Shown: positions 18,890 to 29,999, counted from the first letter of the stretch. The stretch is 64,000 nt of DNA from Candidatus Omnitrophota bacterium (GCA_038222225.1 JBBRHV010000002.1:12484-76483), one strand, 5' to 3'. The notes: generated from the sequence alone by a model not told the origin. Program-made: numbers and translations.

Positions 18890-19873
18890 TTAAAACTCCA
18901 TCCGCCGCTCAATTCCCAGCATATCCGAATCCCCGCCCATCCGTTCCTCTTTGCGCCGTTTAAGATATTTAAACTCCGTCACCCCAGCCTCATCGCTGTC
19001 TTGAAGCTTCTTAAGCGTCCACTCCACCGTATCTCCATTTTTCTGCACCAAAGGTTTGCGCACAAAAGAACGGATTTGTTCTGAAAAACGATCCATCTCA
19101 TTTAATTTGAGTTTTCCATCAATAACAAAAACGAACCCATCGGTCTGAGCGATCTGCGAATCAATCACGTAGATCTCCGGATAGATCCCGTCAATATTCA
19201 GACTCATACTATAATATTCCAGCTGTCCAATTTTTCCGTTGAATGAATGCAGTTCACCCTTGACCCGAATATTAGGAACTTCCCCACTCAAATACAGATT
19301 GCCTCCTATGGTCCCTTCAACATCAAGATTTTGAAACCCAAATAAGGGTAAAAAATCCTTCAGATTCAAATTGACCATCCCGATCTTCATGTTAACGGCA
19401 TACGGAGCAGTCGTTTTGAATTCTCCCGCTAAAATCATTCCGCCCAGAAAAGCCCGTTCGATCAACAGCACCCCGTTACCGTATGTCCCGTTGGCGCTCA
19501 TATCTTCAAACGGGAGATTATTAAGCAATGTATAATGGCTGGTCAGGCTCCATTTCAACTGACCGCTTGAAACATCCTGCTGTATCAGCGGATCCGCCAC
19601 AAGATCAAGAAATACCGACATGTCGAAAAATTTGCTATGCCATTTCTTGATATTAATCGTAGCGATATAACCGGAATCCTTGTTTTGCTGAACCTCAAAA
19701 TAAATCGGGTCCGCATTACCCGCCATCGGGATCTCACCGTACAAAGAATTTTTGTTGAAATCAAATTGGGCCTTAAACGGCACCTGCACCTGTTGCGCCC
19801 AGCTTACCGAAGGAAAACTGCAGGCTAAACATATTATCAGAAAGACTTTTTTGAACATAGACATCCTGAACAA
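18890..19873 (-). CDS. hypothetical secreted protein (signal peptide, beta-rich; occupies the position where disA sits in Bacillus)
   Basis: The N-terminus MFKKVFLIICLACSFPSVSWAQQ looks like a cleavable signal. Rich in G/N/Y beta-strand-like repeats (GGNLYLSGEV..VKGEL..FNGKIG); no domain confidently recognised. Confidence 0.5.
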   Translation of the reverse strand: MFRMSMFKKVFLIICLACSFPSVSWAQQVQVPFKAQFDFNKNSLYGEIPMAGNADPIYFEVQQNKDSGYIATINIKKWHSKFFDMSVFLDLVADPLIQQDVSSGQLKWSLTSHYTLLNNLPFEDMSANGTYGNGVLLIERAFLGGMILAGEFKTTAPYAVNMKIGMVNLNLKDFLPLFGFQNLDVEGTIGGNLYLSGEVPNIRVKGELHSFNGKIGQLEYYSMSLNIDGIYPEIYVIDSQIAQTDGFVFVIDGKLKLNEMDRFSEQIRSFVRKPLVQKNGDTVEWTLKKLQDSDEAGVTEFKYLKRRKEERMGGDSDMLGIERRMEF

Positions 19874-19915
19874 AGCCTTCTATTGCGCATCACAAAGATT
19901 CTGTCTTTGCTCTGA

Positions 19916-22336
19916 TTATTCAAATTTTAAATGATCCCCGTCACGGACAACCTTGATCTTCCGTCCTGCCTCATGCCGTCCGGAAATGATTTCTTCGGCC
20001 AAAGAATCTTCAAGATAACGCTGAATGGTCCGCTTTAAAGGCCGCGCTCCGAAAACGGGATCAAATCCCTTTTCGATCAGCAACTCAAATGCCTCAGCCG
20101 TGAGTTCCATCTCAATGGCGCGATCTTTAAGACGATTCGCCACTCCCCGGATCTCAATCTCCACGATCTTTTTCAGATCTTCTCTGGTTAACGATTTAAA
20201 CACAATAATGTCGTCAATGCGATTTAAAAATTCCGGCTTAAAAACTTTTTTGACCTCCTCCAAAAGGCGGTCCCGCATCTCCTCATAACCGGCGTTTTCC
20301 GTCTGAGCCATAAAACCCAGCGATCCCCGGCTTCGAAGCATGTCTGCGCCGACATTAGACGTCATCAAAATAACCGTATTGCGGAAATCCACCTTACGGC
20401 CGAAGCTGTCGGTCAGACGCCCATCCTCAAGAACCTGCAGAAGAATATTGAACACATCCGGATGCGCCTTCTCGATCTCATCCAAAAGCACGACGGAATA
20501 CGGCTTACGGCGTACCTTCTCCGTCAGCTGACCGCCTTCTTCATAACCGACATATCCGGGCGGAGCACCGATCAATCGGGACACATTATATTTATCCATG
20601 TACTCGGACATATCTACTTGAATTAAAGCGTCTTCATCACCAAACATAAATTCAGCTAATGCACGGGCCAACAGCGTTTTTCCAACCCCAGTCGGTCCTA
20701 AAAAGACAAATGAACCGATCGGTCTTCGCGGATCCTTAATACCGGCCCTTGAGCGGCGCACGGCACGGGCAATCGCGCTGATCGCCTCCTTCTGACCAAT
20801 GACAGTATCCTGCATCTTTTCTTCCATCTTCAGGAGCCGGTCGCTCTCATTCTGTTCCAAACGCAACAACGGAATCTTGGTCCATTGCGAAACCACCCGG
20901 GCAATATCCTCTTCCCCGATGATCACCGAAATGTTGTCCCGCTCCTTGGCCCATTCCGCTCTGACCTTTTCAAGCTTTTCCCGCACTTCACGTTCTTCAT
21001 CACGCATACGGGCAGCCTTTTCAAAATTCTGGCTCTTAATATAGGCCTCTTTTTCCTGTTTCAACTGTTCAATGCGGCCTTCTAATTCTTTGATCCCCGG
21101 CGGGACTTCCATGGTTTTCAGCCGCGCTCTGGAACCGGCCTCATCAACAACATCCACCGCCTTATCCGGCAAAGCCCGGCCGGAAATATAACGTTCCGAA
21201 AGTTTAACCGCGGCTTCAATCGCCGCATCGGAAAATTTCACCCGGTGATGCGCCTCATATTTATCCCTCAAACCTTTTAAGATCAGAACCGCTTCCGCTT
21301 CAGAAGGCGGATCGACAATAATGGTCTGAAAACGACGTTCAAGGGCGGCATCCTTTTCGATATACTTACGGTACTCATCCATCGTCGTCGCCCCAACGCA
21401 CTGAATTTCTCCCCGGGCAAGCGCCGGTTTTAAAATATTGGCGGCATCAATCGCGCCTTCCGCAGCCCCGGCCCCAACCAACGTGTGAATTTCATCAACA
21501 AATAAGATAATCTTTCCTGAGCGTCTGATCTCATCCATAATGGCTTTAATGCGTTCTTCAAACTGCCCGCGGTATTTGGTTCCGGCAATCATCATCGCTA
21601 AATCCAAAACCACAATCGTTTTATTCCGCAAAAGTTCCGGCACATCACCGCTGACAATCAGCTGAGCCAAACCTTCGACAATAGCGGTTTTTCCAACGCC
21701 GGCCTCTCCCAGGAGAACCGGGTTGTTTTTCGTGCGGCGGCTCAAAATCTGAACGATCCGTTCGATTTCCTGCTGCCGGCCGATCACCGGATCCAGCTTT
21801 CCTTCACGGGCAAGCTGATTCAGATTGCGTCCATAAGCATCAATGGCCGGTGTCTTACCGGAAGTTTTTTCTTCCTCCTGCATTCCAAATCCCGCGACAC
21901 CGGAGCCCAAGATCTCCATGATCTCCGCGCGCAGACGGTCTAAATCCAACCCTAAATTTAAAAGAACCCGATAGGCCATGCCCTCGCCTTCCTTCACAAG
22001 GCCCAACAACAGGTGCTCCGTCCCAATGTAATTATGTCCGAGTGCGCGCGCCTCTTCTGCGGAAAGCTCTAAAGCCTTTTTGGAGCGCGGCGTAAAGGGG
22101 ATATCTCCCATGACCTGTGTTTGCGGACCAGGCTGCACCAACTTTTCCACTTCAATACGGATGGTCTCTAAATCAACCCCCAGCTTCTGCAAAACAGCCG
22201 CGGCCACCCCTTCGCCTTCCTTGACCAGGCCCAGAAGAAGATGCTCTGTCCCGATATAATCATGATTGAAACTCCGCGCCTCTTCCTTTGCGAAAATAAT
22301 GACTTTCCGTGCCCGTTCTGTGAATCGATTAAACAT
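19916..22336 (-). CDS. clpC: ATP-dependent Clp protease ATP-binding subunit ClpC
   Basis: Duplicated Clp_N repeats, two AAA+ modules ([17 protein letters not shown]), a UVR/linker region, and 806 aa. Downstream of mcsA-mcsB as in Firmicutes. Confidence 0.9.
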   Translation of the reverse strand: MFNRFTERARKVIIFAKEEARSFNHDYIGTEHLLLGLVKEGEGVAAAVLQKLGVDLETIRIEVEKLVQPGPQTQVMGDIPFTPRSKKALELSAEEARALGHNYIGTEHLLLGLVKEGEGMAYRVLLNLGLDLDRLRAEIMEILGSGVAGFGMQEEEKTSGKTPAIDAYGRNLNQLAREGKLDPVIGRQQEIERIVQILSRRTKNNPVLLGEAGVGKTAIVEGLAQLIVSGDVPELLRNKTIVVLDLAMMIAGTKYRGQFEERIKAIMDEIRRSGKIILFVDEIHTLVGAGAAEGAIDAANILKPALARGEIQCVGATTMDEYRKYIEKDAALERRFQTIIVDPPSEAEAVLILKGLRDKYEAHHRVKFSDAAIEAAVKLSERYISGRALPDKAVDVVDEAGSRARLKTMEVPPGIKELEGRIEQLKQEKEAYIKSQNFEKAARMRDEEREVREKLEKVRAEWAKERDNISVIIGEEDIARVVSQWTKIPLLRLEQNESDRLLKMEEKMQDTVIGQKEAISAIARAVRRSRAGIKDPRRPIGSFVFLGPTGVGKTLLARALAEFMFGDEDALIQVDMSEYMDKYNVSRLIGAPPGYVGYEEGGQLTEKVRRKPYSVVLLDEIEKAHPDVFNILLQVLEDGRLTDSFGRKVDFRNTVILMTSNVGADMLRSRGSLGFMAQTENAGYEEMRDRLLEEVKKVFKPEFLNRIDDIIVFKSLTREDLKKIVEIEIRGVANRLKDRAIEMELTAEAFELLIEKGFDPVFGARPLKRTIQRYLEDSLAEEIISGRHEAGRKIKVVRDGDHLKFE

Positions 22337-23392
22337 TTATACAACCTCCCCTAACTTTTTTCGGATTAAATTTGCCCGTTTTATATCGCGTGCCGCCGGA
22401 GACAACCGGTTACCGTCGATCTTCTGCAAATGAGCCGGCTGAATCATAATCATCAGCTCATTCAAGATCTGCACGTCTAAATTTGTCAAAATCTTCAATT
22501 CCGCCCCTAAACGGATCATCGACAACAACTCAACCGCTTCCTGGCTCGACATGATATAGGCGTTCTTTAAAATGCCCAACGAGCGAAAGATCTTATCTTC
22601 CAAGAGCGGTTTGTTCTGAACGACCAATGCCTGCCGGGCCTGCTCCTCCTGCTCAATCACCTGACGAATCAAACCATTGATATTCTGCAGGATATCCTCT
22701 TCACTGTGGCCAAGAGAGCCCTGATTAGAAATCTGATAGAAATTCCCGATGGCCTGAGTGCCTTCACCATAAAATCCGCGGGACGCAAAATTCAATTTTG
22801 AGATAGCCGTCAAAACCTTATTAATTTGCTTAGTCATGACCAAGGCCGGCAAATGCAGCATGACTGATCCGCGCATCGCCGTTCCGGTGTTAGTCGGGCA
22901 GGACGTTAAATATCCCCAGACCGGCGAGAACGCGAAATTCAATTCCTCTGAAAGCCGGTCGTCAATCGTACTGATGATTTTCCAGGCCTCAAAGAGGTTC
23001 AAACCGGAGTGCATGACTTGAATCCGCAAATGATCTTCTTCATTGACCATGACCGATAAGACCTCCTCAGCGGAAACAATGACCGCCTTCCCTTCCGAGG
23101 TAGCCGCATGCTCATGGCTCATCAAATGACGTTCCACCAAAAATTCCTTATCCACATCATCCAGATCGTTCATTCGAAAAACAGTTGAATCTTTAAAATA
23201 CTCTATCTTTGTTATGGCCTTTTCAACCGACTCTAAAATGTCCTGCCGTTGTTTTTTAGACGCACGGTTCGGAAACGGGGTCTGGGCAAAATTGCGCGCC
23301 AAACGCACACGCGTTGACATGACGGTGCCTGATGAAGGCCCGGAACCTTTTAACCACTCTCCTGTATGAGAAATCAGATCTTTGAGTTCCAT
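22337..23392 (-). CDS. mcsB: protein arginine kinase McsB (ATP:guanido phosphotransferase family)
   Basis: Guanidino-kinase catalytic domain motifs (..RVRLARN...CPTNTGT.R); start taken at the internal ATG (MELKDLISH). Confidence 0.85.
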   Translation of the reverse strand: MELKDLISHTGEWLKGSGPSSGTVMSTRVRLARNFAQTPFPNRASKKQRQDILESVEKAITKIEYFKDSTVFRMNDLDDVDKEFLVERHLMSHEHAATSEGKAVIVSAEEVLSVMVNEEDHLRIQVMHSGLNLFEAWKIISTIDDRLSEELNFAFSPVWGYLTSCPTNTGTAMRGSVMLHLPALVMTKQINKVLTAISKLNFASRGFYGEGTQAIGNFYQISNQGSLGHSEEDILQNINGLIRQVIEQEEQARQALVVQNKPLLEDKIFRSLGILKNAYIMSSQEAVELLSMIRLGAELKILTNLDVQILNELMIMIQPAHLQKIDGNRLSPAARDIKRANLIRKKLGEVV

Positions 23393-23399
23393 GTCTGCC

Positions 23400-23915
23400 T
23401 TACCCTCCCTGTTCCATAGCGCGAATGCGATCGCGCAATTCCGCAGCACGCTCATAATCCTCACACAAAACAGCCTGTTGCAATTGTTTCTTCAGGGCAT
23501 CTGCGTCACTGCTCACAGGCTGCGCGCTCTCCACCGGGGCCGCCAGAACCTTCGGAGCCTTTCCGGAATGGTTGTTCGCCCCATGAATTTTTTTCAATAA
23601 AGATGTCAATTTGCCACGAAAATGCGAATAACACTCACTGCAGCCCAGGCGGCCATGCTTTTTAAAATCCGCATAGGTCATTCCGCAGTTGGCACAGCTT
23701 TCCACCTTGGTCTGTGTTTCCGAATTGACCGCCGCTGACGTCTTGGTGAAATCCGATAATCCAGCCAATAAATCCGCCAGGCCGAACTGCTGTTCCATCT
23801 GAACGCTCTTCTCTTTGGCGCACTCTTCACATAAATGCAACTCGGAAATCTGCCCATCGACCAATTCGGTTAAATGAACCGTCGCCTTCTTTTTTCCACA
23901 TTCATCGCATCGCAT
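23400..23915 (-). CDS. mcsA: McsA (activator of McsB; Cys4 zinc fingers plus UVR domain)
   Basis: Two Cys4 clusters (CDECG..CEEC; CANCG..CSEC) and a C-terminal UVR motif (LKKQLQQAVLCEDYERAAELRDRIRAME); a strong SD (GAAGGAG) sits upstream. Confidence 0.8.
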   Translation of the reverse strand: MRCDECGKKKATVHLTELVDGQISELHLCEECAKEKSVQMEQQFGLADLLAGLSDFTKTSAAVNSETQTKVESCANCGMTYADFKKHGRLGCSECYSHFRGKLTSLLKKIHGANNHSGKAPKVLAAPVESAQPVSSDADALKKQLQQAVLCEDYERAAELRDRIRAMEQGG

Positions 23916-23950
23916 ACCAGTCTTCTCCTTCTAACAATCAAACTTCTATT

Positions 23951-24814
23951 TTAATAACGCACACCGTCGGTTCGGGTTGCCTCTTTAAAAAGACCCAACA
24001 TTTTTTTCGTCACCAAGCCGGGCTTGCCGGACCCGATCACCCGTCCGTCAACTTTGACCACCGGAATGATCTCCGCCGCTGTTCCGGTCAAAAAACATTC
24101 CTCCGCGTTATAAACTTCATGGCGGGTGAACGGTCCTTCAAACACGCTCAATCCACAAGCGCCGGCCATCTCCAACACCACATCCCGCGTGATGCCTTTC
24201 AGCCGTCCGCGTGACGGCGTAGAAAGCACCTCGTTCTTCACAATGAAAATATTATCTCCCGTGCACTCCGCCACATAGCCACTTCCATCCAGCATGATGG
24301 CTTCACAAAAACCGGAATTACTGGCTTCTATTTTTGCCAAGATATTATTCAGGTAATTCAATGACTTGAGCTGCGGATTCAGCGCCTCCGGATGATTACG
24401 CACAGTCGGAACCGTGATAATGGCCATTCCATTTTCATAAAGATCCTTCGGGTACAGCGTGATCTTATCCGCAATAACGATGATTGATGGTCTGCCAAAA
24501 CATTTTTTTGGATCAAGACCCAAATCACCTTCACCCCGGGTCACGACCAAACGGATATAAGCGTCACGCAACTTGTTTTCTTTGAGCGTGTCCACCACCG
24601 TCTGAACCATTTGCTCACGCGTTAAAGGAATCTCCATCATCAACGTATGGGCGGTCTCGTATAAACGGTCAATATGCTCTTTCAGACGAAAGACCAAACC
24701 ATCATAGGAACGGATGCCCTCAAAGACCCCGTCCCCATAAAGCAATCCATGGTCAAATACAGACACCTTTGCATCTTCTTTTGCGACAAATTTTCCGTTC
24801 AAATAAATTTTCAT
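23951..24814 (-). CDS. ilvE: branched-chain-amino-acid aminotransferase (class IV PLP enzyme)
   Basis: Class IV aminotransferase signatures (GDGVFEGIRSY, ...TGTAAEI.PV) and 287 aa. Confidence 0.75.
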   Translation of the reverse strand: MKIYLNGKFVAKEDAKVSVFDHGLLYGDGVFEGIRSYDGLVFRLKEHIDRLYETAHTLMMEIPLTREQMVQTVVDTLKENKLRDAYIRLVVTRGEGDLGLDPKKCFGRPSIIVIADKITLYPKDLYENGMAIITVPTVRNHPEALNPQLKSLNYLNNILAKIEASNSGFCEAIMLDGSGYVAECTGDNIFIVKNEVLSTPSRGRLKGITRDVVLEMAGACGLSVFEGPFTRHEVYNAEECFLTGTAAEIIPVVKVDGRVIGSGKPGLVTKKMLGLFKEATRTDGVRY

Positions 24815-25548
24815 ATTGCCCTCACCTTTTCCAAAGAGTTGTTTTCATGAGTTGCAACCATCGTTCCATCTTTCAAATAAATAATACGCTGCGCTTGAAC
24901 CGCAATCTTCTCATCATGCGTCACCATGACCAGCGTCTGTCCCTGAGAACGATTCAGCTGCATCAAAAGTTTAATGATCTCTTCCCCGCTCTGTGAGTCA
25001 AGATTGCCGGTCGGCTCATCACAAAATAAAATATCCGGCTGATTCATCAACGCCCGGGCAATCGCCACCCGCTGCTGTTCACCGCCGGAGAGTTCGCTGG
25101 GCCGATGATGGGCCCGCGGGCTTAAACCGACGTCTTTTAGGATCGTCAAACCCTGTTCCTTCAGAGCACGGGTCATCCCGCATTTCTGTTTGATCATGGC
25201 CGGTAAAACCACGTTCTCCAGCGCCGTAAATTCCGGCAACAAATGATAGAACTGAAAAATAAAACCGATGCGCTCGTTGCGAAACTGCGAACGCTTGCTC
25301 TCTTTCATCCGATAGAGATCTTCCCCGAAAAACAATACCCGCCCGCGGCTGGGCGCATCCAGTCCGCCCAAAATATGCAGCAACGTCGACTTGCCCGCTC
25401 CCGAAGGACCGACAATGGCAACCACATCTTTCGGATCAATCCGAAGCGTAACGCCTTTAAGAACATGAACTTCTTTTGCCGTATGCGTATAAATTTTATG
25501 GAGTTCTTCTGCCTGAAGCATAACCACCGATTTTGTATTTTTATTCAT
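24811..25548 (-). CDS. lolD: ABC transporter ATP-binding protein, LolD-like (lipoprotein release)
   Basis: Walker A GPSGAGKST, ABC signature LSGGEQQRVAIARAL, and pairing with a LolC/E-type permease. Confidence 0.65.
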   Translation of the reverse strand: MNKNTKSVVMLQAEELHKIYTHTAKEVHVLKGVTLRIDPKDVVAIVGPSGAGKSTLLHILGGLDAPSRGRVLFFGEDLYRMKESKRSQFRNERIGFIFQFYHLLPEFTALENVVLPAMIKQKCGMTRALKEQGLTILKDVGLSPRAHHRPSELSGGEQQRVAIARALMNQPDILFCDEPTGNLDSQSGEEIIKLLMQLNRSQGQTLVMVTHDEKIAVQAQRIIYLKDGTMVATHENNSLEKVRAI

Positions 25549-26737
25549 AGCGTAACGCGTCCACGGTTTCCAGACTGGCCGCCTTCCAGGACGGATAAAT
25601 CGTCGCCAAAAATGTGATCACCAACGCGGAAACAATAATGATCATGATATCCCCAAACTGCAGATCAACCGGCACATGTTCGATCGCGTAAATTTCTACC
25701 GGAACTTTGATATAGTGCGACAGAATGTAACTGACGCCAACCCCGCCCATCACTCCCAAGATCGTTCCAAAAAACCCGATCAAAATACCTTGTTTAGTAA
25801 AAATACGTCGAATGGAGGCGCGCGTCGCCCCGAACGAACGCAAGATTCCGATGTCATGCACTTTCGAGGTTACTGTCACGATCAACGTGCTGACAATATT
25901 AAACGACGCCACCAAAACCATAAATGACAAAATCAAAAAAAGGCCCCATTTTTCAAGCTTGAGCGCCTGAAAAAGATTGCGGTTCACATCAATCCAGCTT
26001 TTGGCCATAAACGAGAACCCGACCTTTTCATAAATCCGCCGCTTGACTTCTTCAACTGTGTAAGGGTCATCCACCTTCACGCCGATGCCGCTGACTGCAC
26101 CCTGAAAATCAAAAATCTCCTGAGCCTTTACCAGATTCACCAGAATTAAATTCATATCCAGATCAACCATGCCACTTTTGAAAATACCGACAATTTTGAG
26201 CTGATAGCGCCATCCCCGGCCTTCAATCCCGGATCCCGGAGCAATCACAGTAACCACATCCCCCAGGCCATAGCCAAAATATCTTGCCAGTTCATCGCCG
26301 ATAATCACTCCGTCTTCCGTCAGACTTGAAAGCTCGCCTTTGATGAGGTACTCCTGGATCTTTGTGATGGAGCCTTCCGTCTGCGGATCCACTCCCCGAA
26401 TGAGCTCACCGATCGCCCGTCCGTTTCCGGTCTCTAGAAAAATATTGCCTTGAATAAACGGAGAGGTCGCCACCACGCCTTCCACAGATCCAACCTGTTC
26501 CTGCACCGCTTGATAATCACGGACCCCGACTTCTTTTTCCAAAACAATATGCGGCGTGGTTCCAATGATTTTTTCGCGCAGATTATTACCGAAGCCGGTC
26601 ATGATCCCCATGACAACGATCAAGGCCATCACTCCGATCGCCACTCCGCCGATCGAAACAATGTTCAAAAAGGACATGAAGTGTCCGCGGCATGTTGTCA
26701 AATAACGAAGACTGATAAAATTTTCAAACTGCGACAT
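25541..26737 (-). CDS. lolE: lipoprotein-releasing system permease, LolC/LolE (FtsX-like) family
   Basis: N-terminus FISLRYL...LNIVSIGGVAIGVMALIVVMGIMTGF matches LolC/E. Four-TM MacB-type topology with a large periplasmic domain. Confidence 0.7.
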   Translation of the reverse strand: MSQFENFISLRYLTTCRGHFMSFLNIVSIGGVAIGVMALIVVMGIMTGFGNNLREKIIGTTPHIVLEKEVGVRDYQAVQEQVGSVEGVVATSPFIQGNIFLETGNGRAIGELIRGVDPQTEGSITKIQEYLIKGELSSLTEDGVIIGDELARYFGYGLGDVVTVIAPGSGIEGRGWRYQLKIVGIFKSGMVDLDMNLILVNLVKAQEIFDFQGAVSGIGVKVDDPYTVEEVKRRIYEKVGFSFMAKSWIDVNRNLFQALKLEKWGLFLILSFMVLVASFNIVSTLIVTVTSKVHDIGILRSFGATRASIRRIFTKQGILIGFFGTILGVMGGVGVSYILSHYIKVPVEIYAIEHVPVDLQFGDIMIIIVSALVITFLATIYPSWKAASLETVDALRYE

Positions 26738-28214
26738 GTTGTTCCTTTACGTCGCCTTCGGCCACCTCTTCCGCCTGCGGCTTTAACAGCGGAAATAAGA
26801 TCACATCACGGATCGAAGGAGAATCGGTGAGCAGCATGACGATCCGATCGATCCCAATTCCAAGACCGCCAGCCGGAGGCATGCCGTATTCTAACGCGGT
26901 TATAAAATCATCATCAATGCTGCGCAGTCCTGTTTCAACATCATCCTTAAGATCCTCCAGCAGCCGCGCCTTTTGCTCCCGCGGATCGTTCAACTCTGAA
27001 TACGCATTGCCGATTTCCATCCCGGCCACAAAACACTCAAAGCGTTCTGAAAGCGCCGGCTGATCTTTTCTGACTTTGGCCAGCGGGCAAAGAAACGTAA
27101 AATAATCCGTAAAGAAAACCGGATTCATGGTTTTATCCTCTTCGAGAATGTCTTCCGCGATTTTCATGACCGCCGACCGCGTCAGCAGGTCAACCTTGAC
27201 TTTGGCACCCTTGATCTTTTTGACCTTTTCAAGCATCACCTCTGCCGTGTCCTCAGGGTCGATATCAAATTTTTCCTTAACAATGCCCGCAAAACTCCGA
27301 CGCTCCCAAGGAGTCGTAAAATCGATCTCTCCGCCTTGATAAGGAACCTTGTAGGAACCATACAGTTCATAGGCGGCCCCGCTGATCAGGTTTTCCATCA
27401 AATCCATCATATCTTCGAAATTACCGTAGGCCTGATACGCCTCCAGCATGGTAAACTCCGGATTATGACGGGTTGAAATTCCTTCATTGCGGAAATTGCG
27501 GTTGATCTCATAGACCCGTTCAAAACCCCCGACCAACAAACGCTTCAGATAAAGTTCAGGCGCAATTCTTAAATAGACATCCATATCATACGTGTTGTGT
27601 TTACTTTTAAACGGTCTGCCGCGGGCGCCTCCGGCCATGGGCTGAAGCATCGGGGTTTCGACCTCCAAAAATTTGCGTTCATCTAAATACCGACGGATAA
27701 ATGAAATAATGTGGCTGCGTTTCAAAAAAATGTCCCGAACCTCTGTATTGGCAATCAAATCCACATACCGTTGCCGGTAACGGATCTCCACATCTTTAAG
27801 CCCATGCCATTTTTCAGGCAGGCACATCAGGGATTTACTTAAGACCGTTATTTCTTTAACCCGAATGCTCTGCTCCCCCATTTTCGTTACAAAAAGTTCC
27901 CCTACAGCACCGATAATATCTCCAATATCCAGAAGCTGGATCTGTTCAAAAACGCCTTCTGCCAGATTATCTTTACGGACAAACACCTGGACTTTTCCGG
28001 TCATGTCCCTTAGATCCATAAACATAACTTTTCCATGCTTGCGGTTTGCCATGATGCGGCCGGCAACTTTGACCTCACGGCCTTCTTGAAACGGCTCAAG
28101 AACCTCACTGACCGCCTCAATATGCTCAAAACGATTACCATAAGGGTTAATCCCTTGCTGGATCAAAGAGTCTAATTTTTCTTCTCTAACTTGCCGTATT
28201 TCATCTATTTCCAT
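26724..28214 (-). CDS. lysS: lysyl-tRNA synthetase (class II)
   Basis: N-terminal OB anticodon-binding domain and class II catalytic core motifs (..FRNEG...GGGLGIGIDR); 496 aa. Confidence 0.9.
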   Translation of the reverse strand: MEIDEIRQVREEKLDSLIQQGINPYGNRFEHIEAVSEVLEPFQEGREVKVAGRIMANRKHGKVMFMDLRDMTGKVQVFVRKDNLAEGVFEQIQLLDIGDIIGAVGELFVTKMGEQSIRVKEITVLSKSLMCLPEKWHGLKDVEIRYRQRYVDLIANTEVRDIFLKRSHIISFIRRYLDERKFLEVETPMLQPMAGGARGRPFKSKHNTYDMDVYLRIAPELYLKRLLVGGFERVYEINRNFRNEGISTRHNPEFTMLEAYQAYGNFEDMMDLMENLISGAAYELYGSYKVPYQGGEIDFTTPWERRSFAGIVKEKFDIDPEDTAEVMLEKVKKIKGAKVKVDLLTRSAVMKIAEDILEEDKTMNPVFFTDYFTFLCPLAKVRKDQPALSERFECFVAGMEIGNAYSELNDPREQKARLLEDLKDDVETGLRSIDDDFITALEYGMPPAGGLGIGIDRIVMLLTDSPSIRDVILFPLLKPQAEEVAEGDVKEQHVAV

Positions 28215-28282
28215 AAAATTGACCTTCCGTATATACTAAATTGATTATAAAAATAGTAATTTTATCTTATTTTAATATTAGG

Positions 28283-28311
28283 ATTATATAGAAAAAGATG
28301 GGGTGTGTCAA
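28283..28311 (-). promoter_or_regulatory. consensus sigma70 promoter (TTGACA-17-TATAAT) for lysS with a ~70-nt AT-rich leader
   Basis: Minus strand reads TTGACAcaccccatctttttctaTATAAT (-35 at 28311..28306, -10 at 28288..28283). A GGAAGG SD lies before the lysS ATG at 28214. Confidence 0.5.
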
Positions 28312-28375
28312 TCAAAAGCAATGGTCTGAATGATGCTTAAAAACTGCCTTGCAAAGGAGCGTAAGTTATTATTTT

Positions 28376-29197
28376 CTAATTAGATACGACACAAATGCCA
28401 GCCAGGTCGGCAAGCCGGAGAGTTTTTTCATAATCCAGGACTAATGTCCGCTCAGCTTCAATCGCCAAGCACTTACAATTCGACTTTTTCATCGATCGAA
28501 TTGTCTTTGGTCCAACCACAGGCACATCAAAACGCGCATCCTGCTGCGGCTTACTTGCCTTGATCACAACAGCCCCTTGATGCGCAATCCGGCCGCCTCT
28601 GATGATGCAGCGATCCGTTCCCTCCATGGCCTCGATCGCAACAATCGCTTTCGATTTGATCACAACGGTCTGTCCGACATCCAGGCCACCCATCGCCTTT
28701 GCGATCGTTCGCCCAAATTCGATATCTGCCAATTCGCCTTCCGTTGGGCCGCGCTTGGTCAAGGTTCCGCGTGGCGCCAAAAACTGCTTGAGCAAAAAAG
28801 TCGAATCCAAAACTTCTAATCCAGCCTTGGTCAGAATATCCGTCACGGCTGAAAAAATCGTGTCTGCCTTTCGGTCCTCCAAAGCAGAAAGAAATTTCTG
28901 AAGCTCAAGATCGGACTTCATTCGAGCATCAAACAAGGTCCGCTGACTGATTTGACCGGCCATGATGACCTGCGTGACCCCCTTGGCCTTAAAATAATCA
29001 AACCCACTGCGAACATCACTCACGCCGATCCATGCAAGGCCATCAACACAAAAATGCAATAGCGGAGATGCGTTTCCCTTGATCGCCAAAACAAAGACCC
29101 GGAATCCTTGCCGACGGGCCGCCAGCGCAAAAAGGATCGGAAAACGCCCATTGCCCGCGATAAGCCCTATAGACTGCTTCTGTTGAACCATAATCAT
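28376..29197 (-). CDS. lpxI: LpxI family UDP-2,3-diacylglucosamine hydrolase (DUF1009)
   Basis: DUF1009/LpxI-like N-terminus (IGLIAGNGRFP) and position downstream of lpxA in the lipid A cluster. The start ATG lies 1 nt after the lpxA TAA. Confidence 0.7.
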   Translation of the reverse strand: MIMVQQKQSIGLIAGNGRFPILFALAARRQGFRVFVLAIKGNASPLLHFCVDGLAWIGVSDVRSGFDYFKAKGVTQVIMAGQISQRTLFDARMKSDLELQKFLSALEDRKADTIFSAVTDILTKAGLEVLDSTFLLKQFLAPRGTLTKRGPTEGELADIEFGRTIAKAMGGLDVGQTVVIKSKAIVAIEAMEGTDRCIIRGGRIAHQGAVVIKASKPQQDARFDVPVVGPKTIRSMKKSNCKCLAIEAERTLVLDYEKTLRLADLAGICVVSN

Positions 29198-29198
29198 C

Positions 29199-29999
29199 TT
29201 ATGTTGTTTGTATGCCCGGAAGAAGGCCGCGTTCGCTGTTTTCAACAAATTGGATCAAATGCTGAAGCTCCGGACACATTGTGAGTTCCGATTGAATTTT
29301 CTCAAGCGCATGGGATTTGGAAAGCCCCGAACGAAATAAATATTTAAAAGCCGCCTTCAGCGTATGCTGTGCGTCTTTGGCGATGCCGGCTCGACGCAGA
29401 CCGATCAGATTCAGCCCATACACCCTTGCCTCGGCGTCTGCGCACATCGCAAAGGGCGGCGCATCCTGGGTTACCCGGCTGCACCCGCCGATCATGGCTA
29501 AGCGCCCAATCCGGACAAACTGATGAATGCCGGTCAGCCCGCCGATAATGGCATTGTCTTCAATGGTCACATGGCCGGCCAATGTCGCGAGATTCGCAAA
29601 AACGCAATTATTCCCGACGACACAATCATGCGCCACGTGGGAATAGGCCATGAAAAGATTTCCGTCCCCCACGGTCGTCTTTCCGCCGCCATCCACGGTC
29701 CCCGGATTCATAGTGACATATTCCCGGATAATATTTTTCTTGCCGATCTCTAAAAAAACCTCGTCGCCTTTATTGAATTTCTTGTCCTGAGGAATCGTGC
29801 CGATGACGGCCCCCGGAAAAATCTGTGTCTCCGCTCCGATGCGAGTCCTTCCTTCCAGATGGCAATGACTGGAAATCTTAACGCCTTCTTCTAAAATAAC
29901 ATGCGCGCCAATGACCGAAAAGGGGCCGATCTCGACATTCTCTGCAACGGTCGCCCCGGAATCAATAATCGCTGTCGGATGAATTTGTTTTTCGCTCAT
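29199..29999 (-). CDS. lpxA: acyl-ACP--UDP-N-acetylglucosamine O-acyltransferase
   Basis: Left-handed beta-helix hexapeptide repeats, LpxA-type N-terminus (IHPTAIIDSGA..), and 266 aa. Confidence 0.85.
   Translation of the reverse strand: MSEKQIHPTAIIDSGATVAENVEIGPFSVIGAHVILEEGVKISSHCHLEGRTRIGAETQIFPGAVIGTIPQDKKFNKGDEVFLEIGKKNIIREYVTMNPGTVDGGGKTTVGDGNLFMAYSHVAHDCVVGNNCVFANLATLAGHVTIEDNAIIGGLTGIHQFVRIGRLAMIGGCSRVTQDAPPFAMCADAEARVYGLNLIGLRRAGIAKDAQHTLKAAFKYLFRSGLSKSHALEKIQSELTMCPELQHLIQFVENSERGLLPGIQTT

Noticed and set aside
23916-23950. CtsR operator (tandem GGTCAAA heptads) upstream of mcsA
   Set aside because: Only a degenerate TTTGATTGTT is present in the 35-nt gap, and ilvE abuts directly. 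No ctsR gene is in the window.
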